NCBI GenBank assembly: GCA_012295275.1 | Contig: CM022678.1 | Coordinates: forward strand, 3,658,001 to 3,722,000 | DNA length: 64,000 nucleotides | DNA from: Chrysomallon squamiferum | Lineage: Eukaryota; Animalia; Mollusca | Reading direction: 5' to 3' | Shown here: positions 1 through 12,726 of the stretch, piece by piece | Numbering within the stretch: position 1 is the stretch's first letter | How the letters are laid out: each line of letters starts with the position of its first letter | Translations under genes and position numbers: made by a program | The notes under the pieces: model-generated | Seen by the model: the letters and a program-made list of their open reading frames with translations, nothing else | What the model was told of the DNA's origin: nothing | Databases searched by the model: none

Positions 1-513
1 TAATACTGTTATAAAATACGGCCATTTTACCACTTTACAATTGAAGTCTTGACATCATCTCATCGTGTATATGTATTTTTTTCTGAGGCTGGTAAAAAGT
101 TTAGTGCACACTGTTGTGTCCAGCATACATTGACTTCACGATGACAGAAACACAAACACGTCAGGTTATTTTTAAACTGTAGTCTGTCTATTACACTTAG
201 TTTTTAGATACAGTTTGGCAGAAAACATAATTTAGAAGAATGCAGAATATATTCAGACTGTGTTCATATCTCCACAGGTGCACTTTAAAAACTGATAAAC
301 GTTAAAAACACAACAGTCAATTGGGATTATACAAACATATTTAAACTTTCCAGTGTTTGTTTATATCATGATGGAAGATGAAACGAATAAAATAATTAGT
401 TAGAAGTATATCATCCCCACCACAAAAAAATCCCCAGCAACAACAAACACATGAATCGAATAAAACGTCCACGTTAATCTACACGTATCAGAAATGTTTA
501 TCTGCTGTGGTAT

Positions 514-1558
514 CTAAGAAAATATCAGAGCAGGAATCTGAGATGTGAAATTAATTTCTTTGTCAAAAGTACGTAGCTCTGAATCGGAGAAATCGAAAAC
601 AAAGTCATCAACAACAACATGCGTTATGTCTTCATCACCGCAGAATGTACGTTCACCTCTCATCCTGTAACAAATAGTGAACATTTTATTTGCTTCAATG
701 GCGACGTCTTCTTTAAAATAAACAGAAAACATTTTGCTTTCATCCTTTTCTACTTCTACCTTTCTGGTGATTTTGGTTTGTTCAACACCGAGTTCGTTGA
801 TCACTTTAGCTTCAACGTCATATGAAGATCTTTGTTTTTCTTTCGGCCCGTATAACATAAAACCGTGGAGTTTTATATTTCGGTTGCATTTGAAAGACAA
901 CGCATCACTACCAAAACAAGCACCCCACGACCCACCATCTTCTGTCTTAAAACGATAAACACATTTGTGAGGACGGCATCTTCGCTTTGTAGAAAACTCT
1001 GCAGAGGTCTGATTAGGACAGATGACATATTTCAAAAGGGCAAGCTGCTCCTCTGACGTCAACAGCCCGCTGGGACAAACAGTGTTGACAATGAACTGCT
1101 GCGACATAACGGGCAGCCGTAAGTCTTTAGTAACTGAATCGAACATTTCTCGTTTTGCTTTACCAGTTATTTTTATGCCTCGCTTCCGACAATTGTATTC
1201 TGCCCATTTGTTAACAGCTACAAAGATGTCTTCCTCTTTGACGTCTAGCTCGTCTGACCGGACAATTTCTTGAAGGCTCTCACGAGAAAGAGATAAAAAT
1301 GATTCAGATTGGAAAACTTCCTTTGCGTTGTGGCTGATAAATGTTCTGGATCTTTCGGATAGTTCCTTTTCTTCAAAAAACTTCGACTGTTCAAAAATAA
1401 CGGAGACACTGTCCACCGTGATAGAACTTGCCAAAAATTCCAGACAACGAATTTCCAATCTCTCCAAGTTGTACTTCTTGGCAAGATAAATCAAAGTTAG
1501 AGCACTTTCTGGGTTGAGCGTCGCACTGTTTGTGTATAGATACCTGATAAATAAATAA

Positions 1559-1598
<40 letters not shown>

Positions 1599-1860
1599 GA
1601 TGACGATGACGATGATGATAGTAATAATAATAATAATAATTAAAAAAAAGGATAAAATTAAATAATAACCTTAAGAAAATGACGAAGGTATCGGAATCTA
1701 CATCAGGTATAACAATTTCGCCGATTTCAGCCATTGGTCCGCATAACATTTTCTCGAACACGTGACTTCGACTGATCATGATGAATTTGTGCGCTTGAAC
1801 CGGCCTCTGCTCTGGTCCTACACGAAATGTGACGTCACAAGCAATGCTCTTTTCAAACAT
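514..1860 (-). CDS. BTB-BACK-PHR protein (BTBD1/2/3/6-like Cullin-3 adaptor), two coding exons
   Basis: BTB start CDVTFRVG..AHKFIMISRSHVF, BACK (FLSLSRESL..EEDIFVAVNKWA..LRLPVM) and PHR-like end (DALSFKCNRNIKLHGFMLYGP..SQIPALIFS*). GT-AG intron 1544-1669 (126 bp) explains the poly-Y/H stretch in the ORF. The reading frame continues upstream to an acceptor at 1957-1958. Confidence 0.9.
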
Positions 1861-2137
1861 GTGCAGATTGGTGTCTGCAAACCCTTCTGATGATTGCCAG
1901 TTGTTGGTATTCTCACCAATTGACTTTTTCTTTTTTTTGTAATGTAGCTTCCCAGACTGAAATATATAGTAGTATATTGTCTACGTCTTTCTTTAAGAAA
2001 AAAAAAAAAGAGAAAATAATAATAAGAAAAAAACTATGAAAAGTAAAACAAGAACAAGTAATGAAAAATTAAATGAAGAAGAAAAATAACAAACAGAAAA
2101 CAGACAAAAATAAAATGAGAATAAAAGAAAGAAATAA

Positions 2138-2235
<98 letters not shown>

Positions 2236-2299
2236 TAAACTGCTTTATTTTACATAATTATAGTCATTCTTCATATTCATATGTACCTCCGCCAACCTC

Positions 2300-2623
2300 T
2301 TACAACGCTCGTACTGCCTAGCTAAGTTGACTATACGCATACCTCGCTCATTCTTTTTATGATTTCATGCTTTAATTCAATGGACATCATCCGCTTCTTC
2401 TTCTCAGAGTCCTTTGCACTCACTTTCTTAGGATCCATGGTCTGAGAAAAAAAAAAAAAAAGAAATTTGGCAAAATAGTACACAAAACGCGAACACAACA
2501 CAATACACAATGTTTCCGCGGCGAGGTAACCACGTGAAGTAAACGAGTGAGACGCGGGATGCTGGGCGGATGTTGTGTTGTTCGTTGCCACAACTATCGG
2601 CGGATTATCTAAATATACCACTG
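2300..2623 (-). mobile_element. Tigger/pogo DNA transposon 5' remnant
   Basis: Minus strand begins TA|CAGTGGTA (Tc1/mariner-pogo-type end). It then encodes MDPKKVSAKDSEKKKRMMSIELKHEII and, after a frameshift, GMRIVNLARQYER, resembling the CENP-B-type HTH N-terminus of Tigger transposases. Confidence 0.75.
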
Positions 2624-3639
2624 TATATATATATATATATATATTTTTCACATAATTTTAACCATCAATGGTAACATGTAATTTAATCGAACGATTCTAA
2701 CGATACAATGAAAAAGCGAATGGCGTCGATAGATAATACCCACAAATAATTAAATCCAGGTGATTACTTTAACTTTTTAACTAATCTTTTGCTTATTAAC
2801 ATACGTCATCTTAGTTTGTTAATTAGTTTGTTTTCAAGCGTTAGTACGTACCACAGAATAACACAATAAAATATCCAACAGAAATATATGCGGCTATCTT
2901 TTATCAATCCGCATGTATGTTACATAAAAATCCCAAAAACAACCATTTAAACCATAATTACCATTGCCTGAATGGTCCTGTTTTGAGTACACGTCCCTCA
3001 GACAACTTGTCGCAAGAACGCGCACCGATCAAAATATCTCGTTTAAAACGCGCGACGTCTATTTATAGAGATCACGCGGGCGTCCATGAAACACCTTTGC
3101 AGACAGCCTTTCTGAATTTAGTTTGCAACTTAAATGCCAATTTTGAATTTGATAAACTTCCCCTAATTATATAACAGAGCTTCTAAACAGCGCATGTCCG
3201 TCTGCATACGCTCTGGTGTTTAGTCTTTGTGTACTTATCCCTATTTTCTGACATCAATTAGCTAAACATTTAAGAAGTGTAAAAACATGAGTTTATAAAC
3301 ATGTTTATACAAGATAGCTAAATAAATATTACCGTAATATAATAATATACTTAATATAAAATGTAGCAGTCATTCTGCTTTAAAAGGGCATATAAAAAGA
3401 AGTGTTTTGTGAATATTATACAATTCACTAGATGGAATACAGTATGATGATTAAAAGCAAGTCTGATAAAGAGGCACCAATGAGGTTTCGTAACCATGAG
3501 TATTATATCACTTTAATAATTGTTTCCTTTCAGTAATTAAACAAGAAGAACAACAAAAATAACAATAATAACAGTACAACGTCACAAAAACTCAACGAAT
3601 TAAGAAAAAAAAAAAAAAAAAAAATCACGAAATCGATTA

Positions 3640-3880
3640 ATGATGGATCTAAACGATGACTGGCAGACGAGAAAAACACTGGCGCAGACCAACTTGTACA
3701 TGCTAGAGAACGAGATTGCGTGTGACGTCACTTTCAAAATTGGGTCATCAAGGAAGGTTATTCGTGCACACAAATTCATAATGATTAGTCCTCTAAAATG
3801 TTCACTGGTGTAATGGCTGAAACAGGAGAGGTAGATAACAGGGATATTGATGCCACAGTTTTCAAACTGTTTCTTAGACA
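3640..3880 (+). pseudogene. Orphan, frameshifted exon 1 of the BTB-BACK-zinc finger family
   Basis: MMDLNDDWQTRKTLAQTNLYMLENEIACDVTFKIGSSRKVIRAHKFIMIS nearly matches 37410/43948. A deletion and frameshift follow, the GT donor is lost and there is no exon 2 downstream. Confidence 0.85.
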
Positions 3881-5424
3881 GAAGTTTGAAAATCAACATA
3901 CTTTCAATTTGTTTGTTTGTTTACTTATTTACTAGTATATTGGTCTTTTTTATTTTATCGTTTATTATATATGGTTGTATGCATGCACGTAGGTAGGTAT
4001 GTGTCTTTGCATGTATGTGTGCATGTATGTTTGTATATTTGTATATGTATATGATATGATATGTTTAAATAAACGTATGTCAGTAGCATGAACCGACAGG
4101 AACGACAAATTACGTCACCAGAAAAAAAATGTTTCGAGAATTTAATGGGTGCAAACCACAACTGAATGTTCTTTTCTTTTGGGTTTAGACACGGGGAATA
4201 TTGCCAATTAAAAAAGTTAATACATTAATCTTATACCTAATTATAATTTTAGTTTATTATGCACGCATTTACACAAAAATAATCCAGTTTGAAAAGTTTG
4301 ATTAAGCTGAAAAAGTAGTTACGAAAGACGTAGGACATCATGGTTTGGTAACACGAACAAACATCCTTATCTTTATCAGTGTAAATCATAAAAAGATGAG
4401 AAAATGTACGTAAAATAACTGAATTTGGAAGTTTAAAAACTTCCGTGAGTTCACGGAAATGTCCGATTGAAATCCAAGATGGCAGCGTCGAACGCCGATC
4501 AGTGTTTACAAACTTTTAAACACATATTCCTTCAAAATTTGGGAGAAATATGTCATTTAATCGATAAATAAATAAATAAATATACATAGATATCTATTAT
4601 TGAGTCGAAATTGCTGCAAAGGTAGAAACGTAGAAACCTTTTTTTTTTTTGTTTTTGTTTGTTAACTTTGACGTCATACCATCTCGTACTATATTTTTTT
4701 TCCAGATATTACGACGTCGCAAACCAAAAAAAAAAAAAAAAAAAAAAGAAAATTAATTTTCACAGACATTGGCGCGTGAATGTGAATATGAAGATGACTA
4801 TTCTCATAAGGTACCATAATGCGGACACATTACTCTGCCAAAACTCCATAACAGACAGTTCTCAGTACATAGTTGTAAACCGATACTTGAAACCATCATA
4901 ATTCGTTTTTAATAATATTTATTTCCATTTTCAGTGCATTAGAGGTCATATTTACATGTAAAAAACACAAATTGATTACGTTATTTGAATGATTGCCTTG
5001 ATACGTTCATTATAATGCTTGATACCAGTTTTACAACAGATTATTGAAGAAAAAAAAATATTTTAAAAGTCTATCAACCAGCCGTATAAACGCTAAATTG
5101 ACAGCAGTCTCTATAAATCAATAATTCTATCTACCCTCTAGAGAAATAAACAAAACACAAGTTAAGTTACGAGCTAATTATTTAATTATGATATGCAGGG
5201 GACGTGATAATAATACATTATACAATCTATAAATCATACATTTAAATATAGGCACAGGTTAAGTGCACACTGCACCCTGTCAAAATAAGAACAAACAAGA
5301 GCTTACCATACTCGTCTGTAAAGACAATGTCATTCAAATACACTGATTTCCCGCCTGTCTGAGCTCTCGCGTTGACCTTTGCCTTCTTCGCTTAGTTACC
5401 AAGTGCAAACTCTTTTGTAACAAC

Positions 5425-7660
5425 GTCACGGAATTGAAAAATTGGCGGCAAAAATAAAACGTGCGGACGTCGTTGAAGTATAACGAATAGCTATTTTAAA
5501 ACAACGCCATGGAATTCAAAAACTGGCGGCAAAAAATAAAACGTGCGGACGTGATTGAAATTAAATTGGTTATCCCAAAAATTTACTTTGCAGTGATGGT
5601 CTAGGGATTGGCAAATACATTAGTACCTTGTCACCTGGATTAAATTATCTTATTTTAGCTTTCCTATCGAAGTGTGCTTTTTGTATTTTAGTTGAGTTTT
5701 CTCTAAATATTTTTGGGCTAATCGAGTCGCCTGCCATAACCTTTTTTTTTTTTTTAATTTTGGATAGTACAACAACTTAAAAACATTTATACTTCTCATT
5801 TTCATCTGACATGATTTTTATTTACGGTTTTCATTCATCCACACATTTTGAGTCTGATTTAAAACGTTTTTATGCACTATTATTGACAACACCCTTTTCA
5901 AAGATGGATAATTTCTCTGTGCTTGGCATTTCTTACCACAACAGCTCTCTGAAAGACCATTACCCACCAACATGTCTACACCCTCCATTGGTAAACTGTC
6001 TATGAGTCCGACCAGCACCTGTCCAGAAACTAGGTGTAATGGAATGGTAGTACACATTCCCGCAACTGCCTGAACAATTATATTTTTACCTGTTGCCGAT
6101 GTTTCTGGATCTCTTATGACATCTTTTATAATCAGGCTCTGCCAAGCTCCCGTGTCTCAAAAAATGGAAATAACTATTTGGTTGAATATCACAAATAGTG
6201 CCCTCTGACATATATTTAACATATTTCTTCTGAGTGTACATCGCTGGTAATTCTGAAACATTATTTTTTGTTCTGTGATAACAGTTTGAAACAACTTGAT
6301 TATTCATTGTGCAGTACGAACAACGTGGTTGAAAAGACTTTGTTTCAGCCAACAGTTTGCTCTTTACTGACATAGTATTATAGTAATTCTGCCCGCCAGA
6401 AATAAAAACAACATAAGTTAAGGTACAAGTTAATTGTTTAATTATGATATACATGTGACTTGGTAATAATACACTATACAATCGATAAAAAAATATATTT
6501 AAATAATTTTGATTAATGACACCGGAATTGAAAAATTGGCGGCTTAAATAAAAAGCGCGAACGTGATTGAAGTAACAATTAGTTAAACAATTTGAATTCC
6601 AGGACATAAATATAAACAGGCGGATGTCGCATAAAGATAAATTTGTTAGGCAATCTGAATTCCGTGACACTAATAAATGCCGAAACCGTTCTAGCCATTT
6701 AAATTGAAAGGCCACTCTTTCGAACTGTTGAAAGAAAATTTCAACATCATTCTCATCAAAATTAGGAACTGGCCTGTAACAGTCATTAATTCTAAAACCA
6801 TTCGATCCATTCTCACTTGATTTATCTCTGTGTCTTCTCTTTCTCTTTCCCTTCCTTTTCTCTTCTCTCTATCACTTTCATATTTTAGCTTCTTAAGCTG
6901 TAATTTTTGTTCTAAGGTTAATTTCCCTTCCTCTGATTGCACTGGTTCTGCCATACACGGAGTTACACCTATGTCATTACTTCCCCCACTCTCGTTATCT
7001 ACGGAATCTCCAAAATATTTCTCTGATTTGTTCTCTATCTTGTTTGACTGGGCAACTGAAATATTATTAATATTTGCCAATTCTAACAGCTTAGTCCTCT
7101 TGGCTCTTTTAATAAAACTTACACTAGGATTGTTCATATATATCTTGATCCATAAATTATTTCTCAGTTTTGATTTTATTAATTTTGTTTTCGTTATTTT
7201 TTGTTGTGTTGTCTTTTCTCAAGTAGGTATGACCATAGATTAGATAAATTAGATAAATTGAGAAAATACTCAATACATCTAAAGAAATAATTCCATAAAA
7301 ATTATGGAGCTAATGAGCTCCCAAATTAATTATTTGAAAAATCCCGAACAAGAGCCCCAAACTTGTTAATCCTGGTTCGCCGCCTAGCTGAGCTGTCGTG
7401 TTAATTGATAATTTCCAAGTGCTGGCCCTTTTAAAACAACGCCATGGAATTTAAAAATTGGCGGTAAAAATACAAAGTGCGGACGTAATTGAAGTTAAAC
7501 TTTGTGACGCAATTTGAATTCCATGGAAGAAATATAAAACATGCGGTCTTCTTTCAAGTACAAATTAATTACGCAATTTGAATTCCATGACATAAAAATA
7601 AACAGGCGGATATCACCGAAAAATAATTTGTTTTACGCAATCTGAATTCCGTGACACAGT
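5425..7660. repeat. Dispersed clusters of a ~60-80 bp unit (ggaattgaaaaattggcggc-aaaataaaacgtgcggacgt)
   Basis: Related units at ~5425-5560, ~6520-6670 and ~7435-7656, interleaved with the Gypsy remnant. Confidence 0.6.
5940..7368 (-). mobile_element. Degenerate Ty3/Gypsy LTR retrotransposon (PBS, gag, protease remnants)
   Basis: Minus strand reads TAACA then TTGGGGCTCTTGTTCGGGAT (7341-7360), a degenerate tRNA-Pro primer-binding site. It has a gag-like coiled coil and PVPNFDENDVEIFFQQFERVAFQFKW (~6695-6775), and protease pieces DTGAWQSLI (~6130-6157) and IPLHLV..VLVGLIDSLPMEGVDMLVGN (~5960-6045). Multiple frameshifts. Confidence 0.75.
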
Positions 7661-8619
7661 GTTATTGTCAAACTTTGTTGTAATGATAAGTCGCTGCAAA
7701 CAAAGAAACAATAACTTGGAGGTTTACAGAATTTACTAGACAATATCTGTTCTTACTGACACAGGTCCACTTTAAAGTGGGAGTAACATTGGTGTATATT
7801 TGTTAGAAAAAAAAAGTTATTGTATTATTTGATTCACTGTTTAAATTATACACATATCAAATAGTTTATCTGGAACTGGCAGATGATTTAACTGAAGAAC
7901 AAATAAACAAATAAATAAATAAATAAATAAATAAATAAATGAATAAATAAATGAATAAAGAGGAAAAAGAGGAAGGAGAACAAAAGATTAATATCAAGGG
8001 GGATAATAGGCCACGGCTTGCGCACCCCATGAACGCTCCTGGACTTGTTGTCAAGACAACGAGGTAAATACAGTGTACACGAAATAAACAGATTGCTTAG
8101 AGCGACCAACGCCATGATCACAAGAGATTTGCGTTTTACTGACGTGAATCAAAGTTATTTATAGATAATTATAATCTGACGAAAGGAGAAGAAAGAAGGA
8201 AAGAAAAGAAATGAACATTAATACGAAAGCTTTCAGTACGAGAGTTAAGATTTTTTTTATGTCGTTTTCAGTATAGCAATAATTAATATCAAGCCACACG
8301 TTAGCTTCGAGATAAAAGTGAATAAATAAATAAGTAAAGCAAGAGAAGCAGCCTAAATTTATCGGTTACTGATAGATTAGATGACAAAAATGTTAAATTT
8401 CAAAATTAAACATGAGAGATCTGCGTGTTAGTAACGTGATTCTTATTCATGATTATATGTAGAGAATTATAATAGGACATCATAAAAGAAAAGCAAATTG
8501 AAAGAAATGAAATAAATAAAAATAAAAATAAAAATAAAATAAAATAAAATAAATAAATAAATAAACAAACAAATAAATAAATAAATAAATGCAAAATGTA
8601 GAGTTGGATGGAAAGTTAT

Positions 8620-9390
8620 TAAAAAACAGACAGGGTGAAACTCCTTTTTTTACAGCTCTGAGTTACTACCAGTATCATTCTAACAAACACCAAGATGTGC
8701 TCTCTTGTCAGAACAAAGTTTTGTATTCACTGGAACATGGAGCTGATTCTAATTTTACAGAGAATGAACAAAGAAATTTAGAAGTTGTGACAACACTGAC
8801 TGAAAAAGGTTTCATGTAAATGTTAAAAACAGTGTAGGTGAAACTGCTCTTTTTACAGCTCTGAATTACTACAAATTTAATTCTCCCGAATGCCGAATGT
8901 GTACTCTCATAAGAGCATCGTAATTTTGTACAATGTTTTACTGGAACATGGAACTGACCCTAATTTAACAGACAATGACAGCAATTCTGTTTTACACTTA
9001 GCGGCTAAACATGGAAATATACAAATTGTGACAGCACTGATTGAAAAAAGCTTTTAATGTAAATATTAAAAACAGTAAAGGTGAAACTTCTCTTTTCAGA
9101 GCTGTTAAATATAAACGGAAGAAAATAATTTTGTATTTACTGGAACATGGAGCTGATCCTAATTTAACAGACAAAGATAACAATTCTGTTCTACACCAAC
9201 AGCTGAACAAGAAATAAAGAAATGTTGACAGTACTAATAGAAAATGGCGTTAAAGTAAATGTAATTAATTGCAGTGGTGAAACTTCTCTTGATAAAGCTA
9301 AGAATTGCAGATTTTGTTGTGAAAGGGAAACTGTTCTGTATTTACTGGAGCATGCTTCTAAAGATAGTAACAGATAAACTAACTGTAAAA
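8620..9390 (+). pseudogene. Decayed ankyrin-repeat array (3' end of an ankyrin gene)
   Basis: Repeated GET(P/A/S)LF.A, LLEHG(A/T)DPNLTD and NSVLHLAAKHGNIQIVTALI motifs with frameshifts and stops. No 5' part is visible. Confidence 0.85.
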
Positions 9391-10289
9391 TAAAACCCTT
9401 GAATTTTAAATTTAATACATTATGTACACAGACTGGTGAGAATCTTTTAAAATTGTGCAGAAATATTTAATTGTGAAAGTGATGTTCCTAATAAACATAA
9501 TGAAGAAATATAAATTTTGTTTGTAGTTTCTGTGGTACAAAGTTGATCTTAATTTTCTACTTCATCCTGAGACAGTTTCACTTCTGATGTAGTTTTATTT
9601 TGAACTACTTCATTTGAACTTTTAATGTAGTGGTGTATCAGAGTATTTAATTGTGTGCTAAATAATATGTACAGTTTGAACTTTTCCATTCAAAGCAATA
9701 ATATTGATGCACGAGCTAGACCATATTTTCAAAATAAAATTTGTGGACAAATACACTCTGATGAAGAATTAAAGCCAGTGTAAGTCTGTGTAACTACATT
9801 GCTGTGTAGTCTGTCTAGAGATTGTAAATTGATTCTATTCAAATACTGTATTAATGTATGGTACAATTTTTGTTTCAATACAAATAGCATATTACCTTAT
9901 TTATAGCTGTTGCATCTATTCAAATATTGTATTAATATGTGGTGCAGCCTGTTTTATCTTAATATGTATGGCGTAGTTTTTATTTCTATACAAATTTTGT
10001 ATAACCTTATTGTATAGTCTATTGTACGTAACAAGAAATATTATAATACTCTGTATGTTTGAGGTATTTATTGCACAGTTCAGTTTAGAAAGATGTTAAA
10101 ATATGTTAGAGTTCTCTGTAATAATACAACAGTAGTAAAACTGATGTTAATTTTGATCAGGTTATTCAGTCAGTGAAAAGTCAGAAAGTTTTAAAATCAA
10201 ATTTGTTATATTATTCATGATGACTTAATTATTGCATATTGCTACGTTTTCCTCTATCTCCATATTACGTGGACATCTCTCTGATACTT

Positions 10290-10700
10290 GGTATATTTCA
10301 GTGTATAATGTCTAGATTTGAGCTAGAGTATCACAAGGACATCTTTCTTTATGTTCCAGTGTATATTCTCTAGGTTTGGGTACAGTGATAAATATAATGT
10401 TCGGTATGTTTCAGTGTACATTCTCTAGGTTTGGGATAGAGTATGATAAATGTAATGTTTGAGATGTTTCAGTGTATATTCTCTAGGTTTGGGTACAGTA
10501 TGATAAATATAATGTTCGGTATGTTTCAGTGTATATTCTCTAGGTTTGGGATAGAGTATGATAAATGTAATGTTTGGCGTGTTTCAGTGTATATTCTCTA
10601 GGTTTGGGTTGGGGTATGATAAATGTAATGTTTGATATATTTCAGTGTATATTCTCTAGATTTGAGGTGGAATATCGTAAATGTAATGTTTGGCATGTTT
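10290..10700 (+). repeat. 57-58 bp minisatellite, ~7 copies
   Basis: ttctctagg anchor recurs at 10421, 10479, 10536 and 10594. An inverted partial copy lies at ~11670-11759. Confidence 0.9.
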
Positions 10701-11058
10701 CGTGCTGTTTGCTGTGGGACTCTAGTGGGAATGATGATATAAAACGGCAGCACAGAAAATAACAGTACAGCACCTCAGCATTTATGTCATTCTCCTGTTA
10801 TTGCATCTTCTTCCACATAGCTTCTAAAAACCAAAACCACGGTCCAAACAAGAGGATGTTGAGAGTACAACGCTGGGAATGTTGTTATAAAGAGAGGTGA
10901 CTGTAATATCTTTATTCCGTATTAAAAACAATCCGCTCTTTTTTGTCTTTAGAAAAGCAGCACAGTCTCTAGAATCTTTCGCAAGAGAATGTGATCATTT
11001 ATATAAAAAATATAATGTCTTTCAACTGTCAATAATAGTAGTAGTAGTAGTAGTAGTA

Positions 11059-11099
<41 letters not shown>

Positions 11100-11619
11100 C
11101 TTTAACACACGTACACAATAATCCATTAAAAGACTTGCACATATATTAATAACAACAACAACAACAACAACATATGCACTCCACATGTGGTACGTTTTAC
11201 GCTTACAGTAACGCACATTAATTATCAAAACAAACACAAAAAAACAAACAAAAAACCATTAAATACTCGCTAAGTCAGATGTATATTAAAAGGCTCACTA
11301 ACATTTACTCACCAACAGCCTTAACACTATCACAGACGTAACCAAAGCAACAGTGGAGAATATTGTCATTCGCCTTGACAAAACGTCTGTTTATTTTTTT
11401 GAAATCATCGATAGGAAAATAAAATAAAAATAAATTCCGTTCTGGGATGATTCCCGTCATATCTCTTCTAATTGTCATTCTTTCAGTGTTTGAGAGTCTG
11501 TGGTTTATGTTCTGTGTAGTGTGTTACAAAGAAAGCAAGCTTTTTAAAATTTTTAAATTATAAAACAGCAAATACTGTGAATATGAATTGGCTTGAGTGT
11601 TACTGTGCGAAGAAATAAA

Positions 11620-11651
<32 letters not shown>

Positions 11652-12693
11652 TGAAAACTATTTAAAGATGCCAAACATTACATTTATCATACTCTATCCC
11701 AAACCTAGAGAATATACACTGAAACATACCGAACATTATATTTATCATACTGTACCCAAGATCTCATCTAGGAAATATCAACGAAGTACCTGAACAATAA
11801 GTAAGTACGTATCTGTATGTGTGTGTGCATGTGTGTGTGTATGTGTGTGTTTGTCACGACAGTAACCAGTTACCTCTTTCATGTTTTTCTTCATGAGGCT
11901 GGAAATAACTCTACCCAACCTGAGATTAAACTTTTATTTGTCTTGTACACTTTACAGTTGTAATATTTAAGTATATTTTAGAATATTAATTAACAGTCAT
12001 GTTCTTCTTTCATTATGGAAGTGTGTATATATGTGTGTCTCTTTTTGTCTTAGTGTGTGTGTGTGTGTGTGCGTGTGTGTATTTGTATGTAAATCTGAGT
12101 AATCTAAACAGACAAAATATAATTCAGTTTAAGCGATCTTTAAATTTTTGTTGTTTTATGTTAATCCAGTTGTGTGTCACTGACCACACAATTCTGTCCT
12201 GTGAAAAGAAAAATATAAAACAGAGATCTCTTCACATTTCGGCCATTTTCCATTTAGAAAAATGAAATGAATTATGTACGTAAATGTGTATGTATGTACG
12301 TATGTAAATATAAGTATGTTGTATGCACTATACATGTACATATGTATGTACTTATGTGTGTATGTTTGTGTGTGTGTTTGTGTGTGTATGTGTGTATCAA
12401 GACAGTAGCCAGTTATATGTTTCATGCGTTTCTTCATGCACGGGAAATAACTCTACACAACCTTAGACTTGCTTTGAAAATTAAACTTTTATCTGTGTTG
12501 TTCAGTGTACAGATATAATATTTGAGTATATTTTAGAATATTAACTAACAACCATGTTCTTCTTTTATTACATGGAAGTGTGTATATATGCATGTCTCTT
12601 TATGTGCTTGTCCGTGTGTGTGTGCATTTCTATTTGTATGTAAATGTAAATACTTTAAACAAACAGAACATTTACTTACTGACCAAACAATCG

Positions 12694-12726
<33 letters not shown>

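Noticed and set aside
4080-4900. Possible MITE (ccaagatggc-containing island)
   Set aside because: Could not define terminal repeats or a target-site duplication.
6086-6715. 209-aa ORF as a host gene
   Set aside because: It is a chimera of Gypsy gag/protease remnants and inserted repeat sequence.
10290-10700. CRISPR-like 57-58 bp periodicity
   Set aside because: The whole unit is repeated, with no variable spacer.
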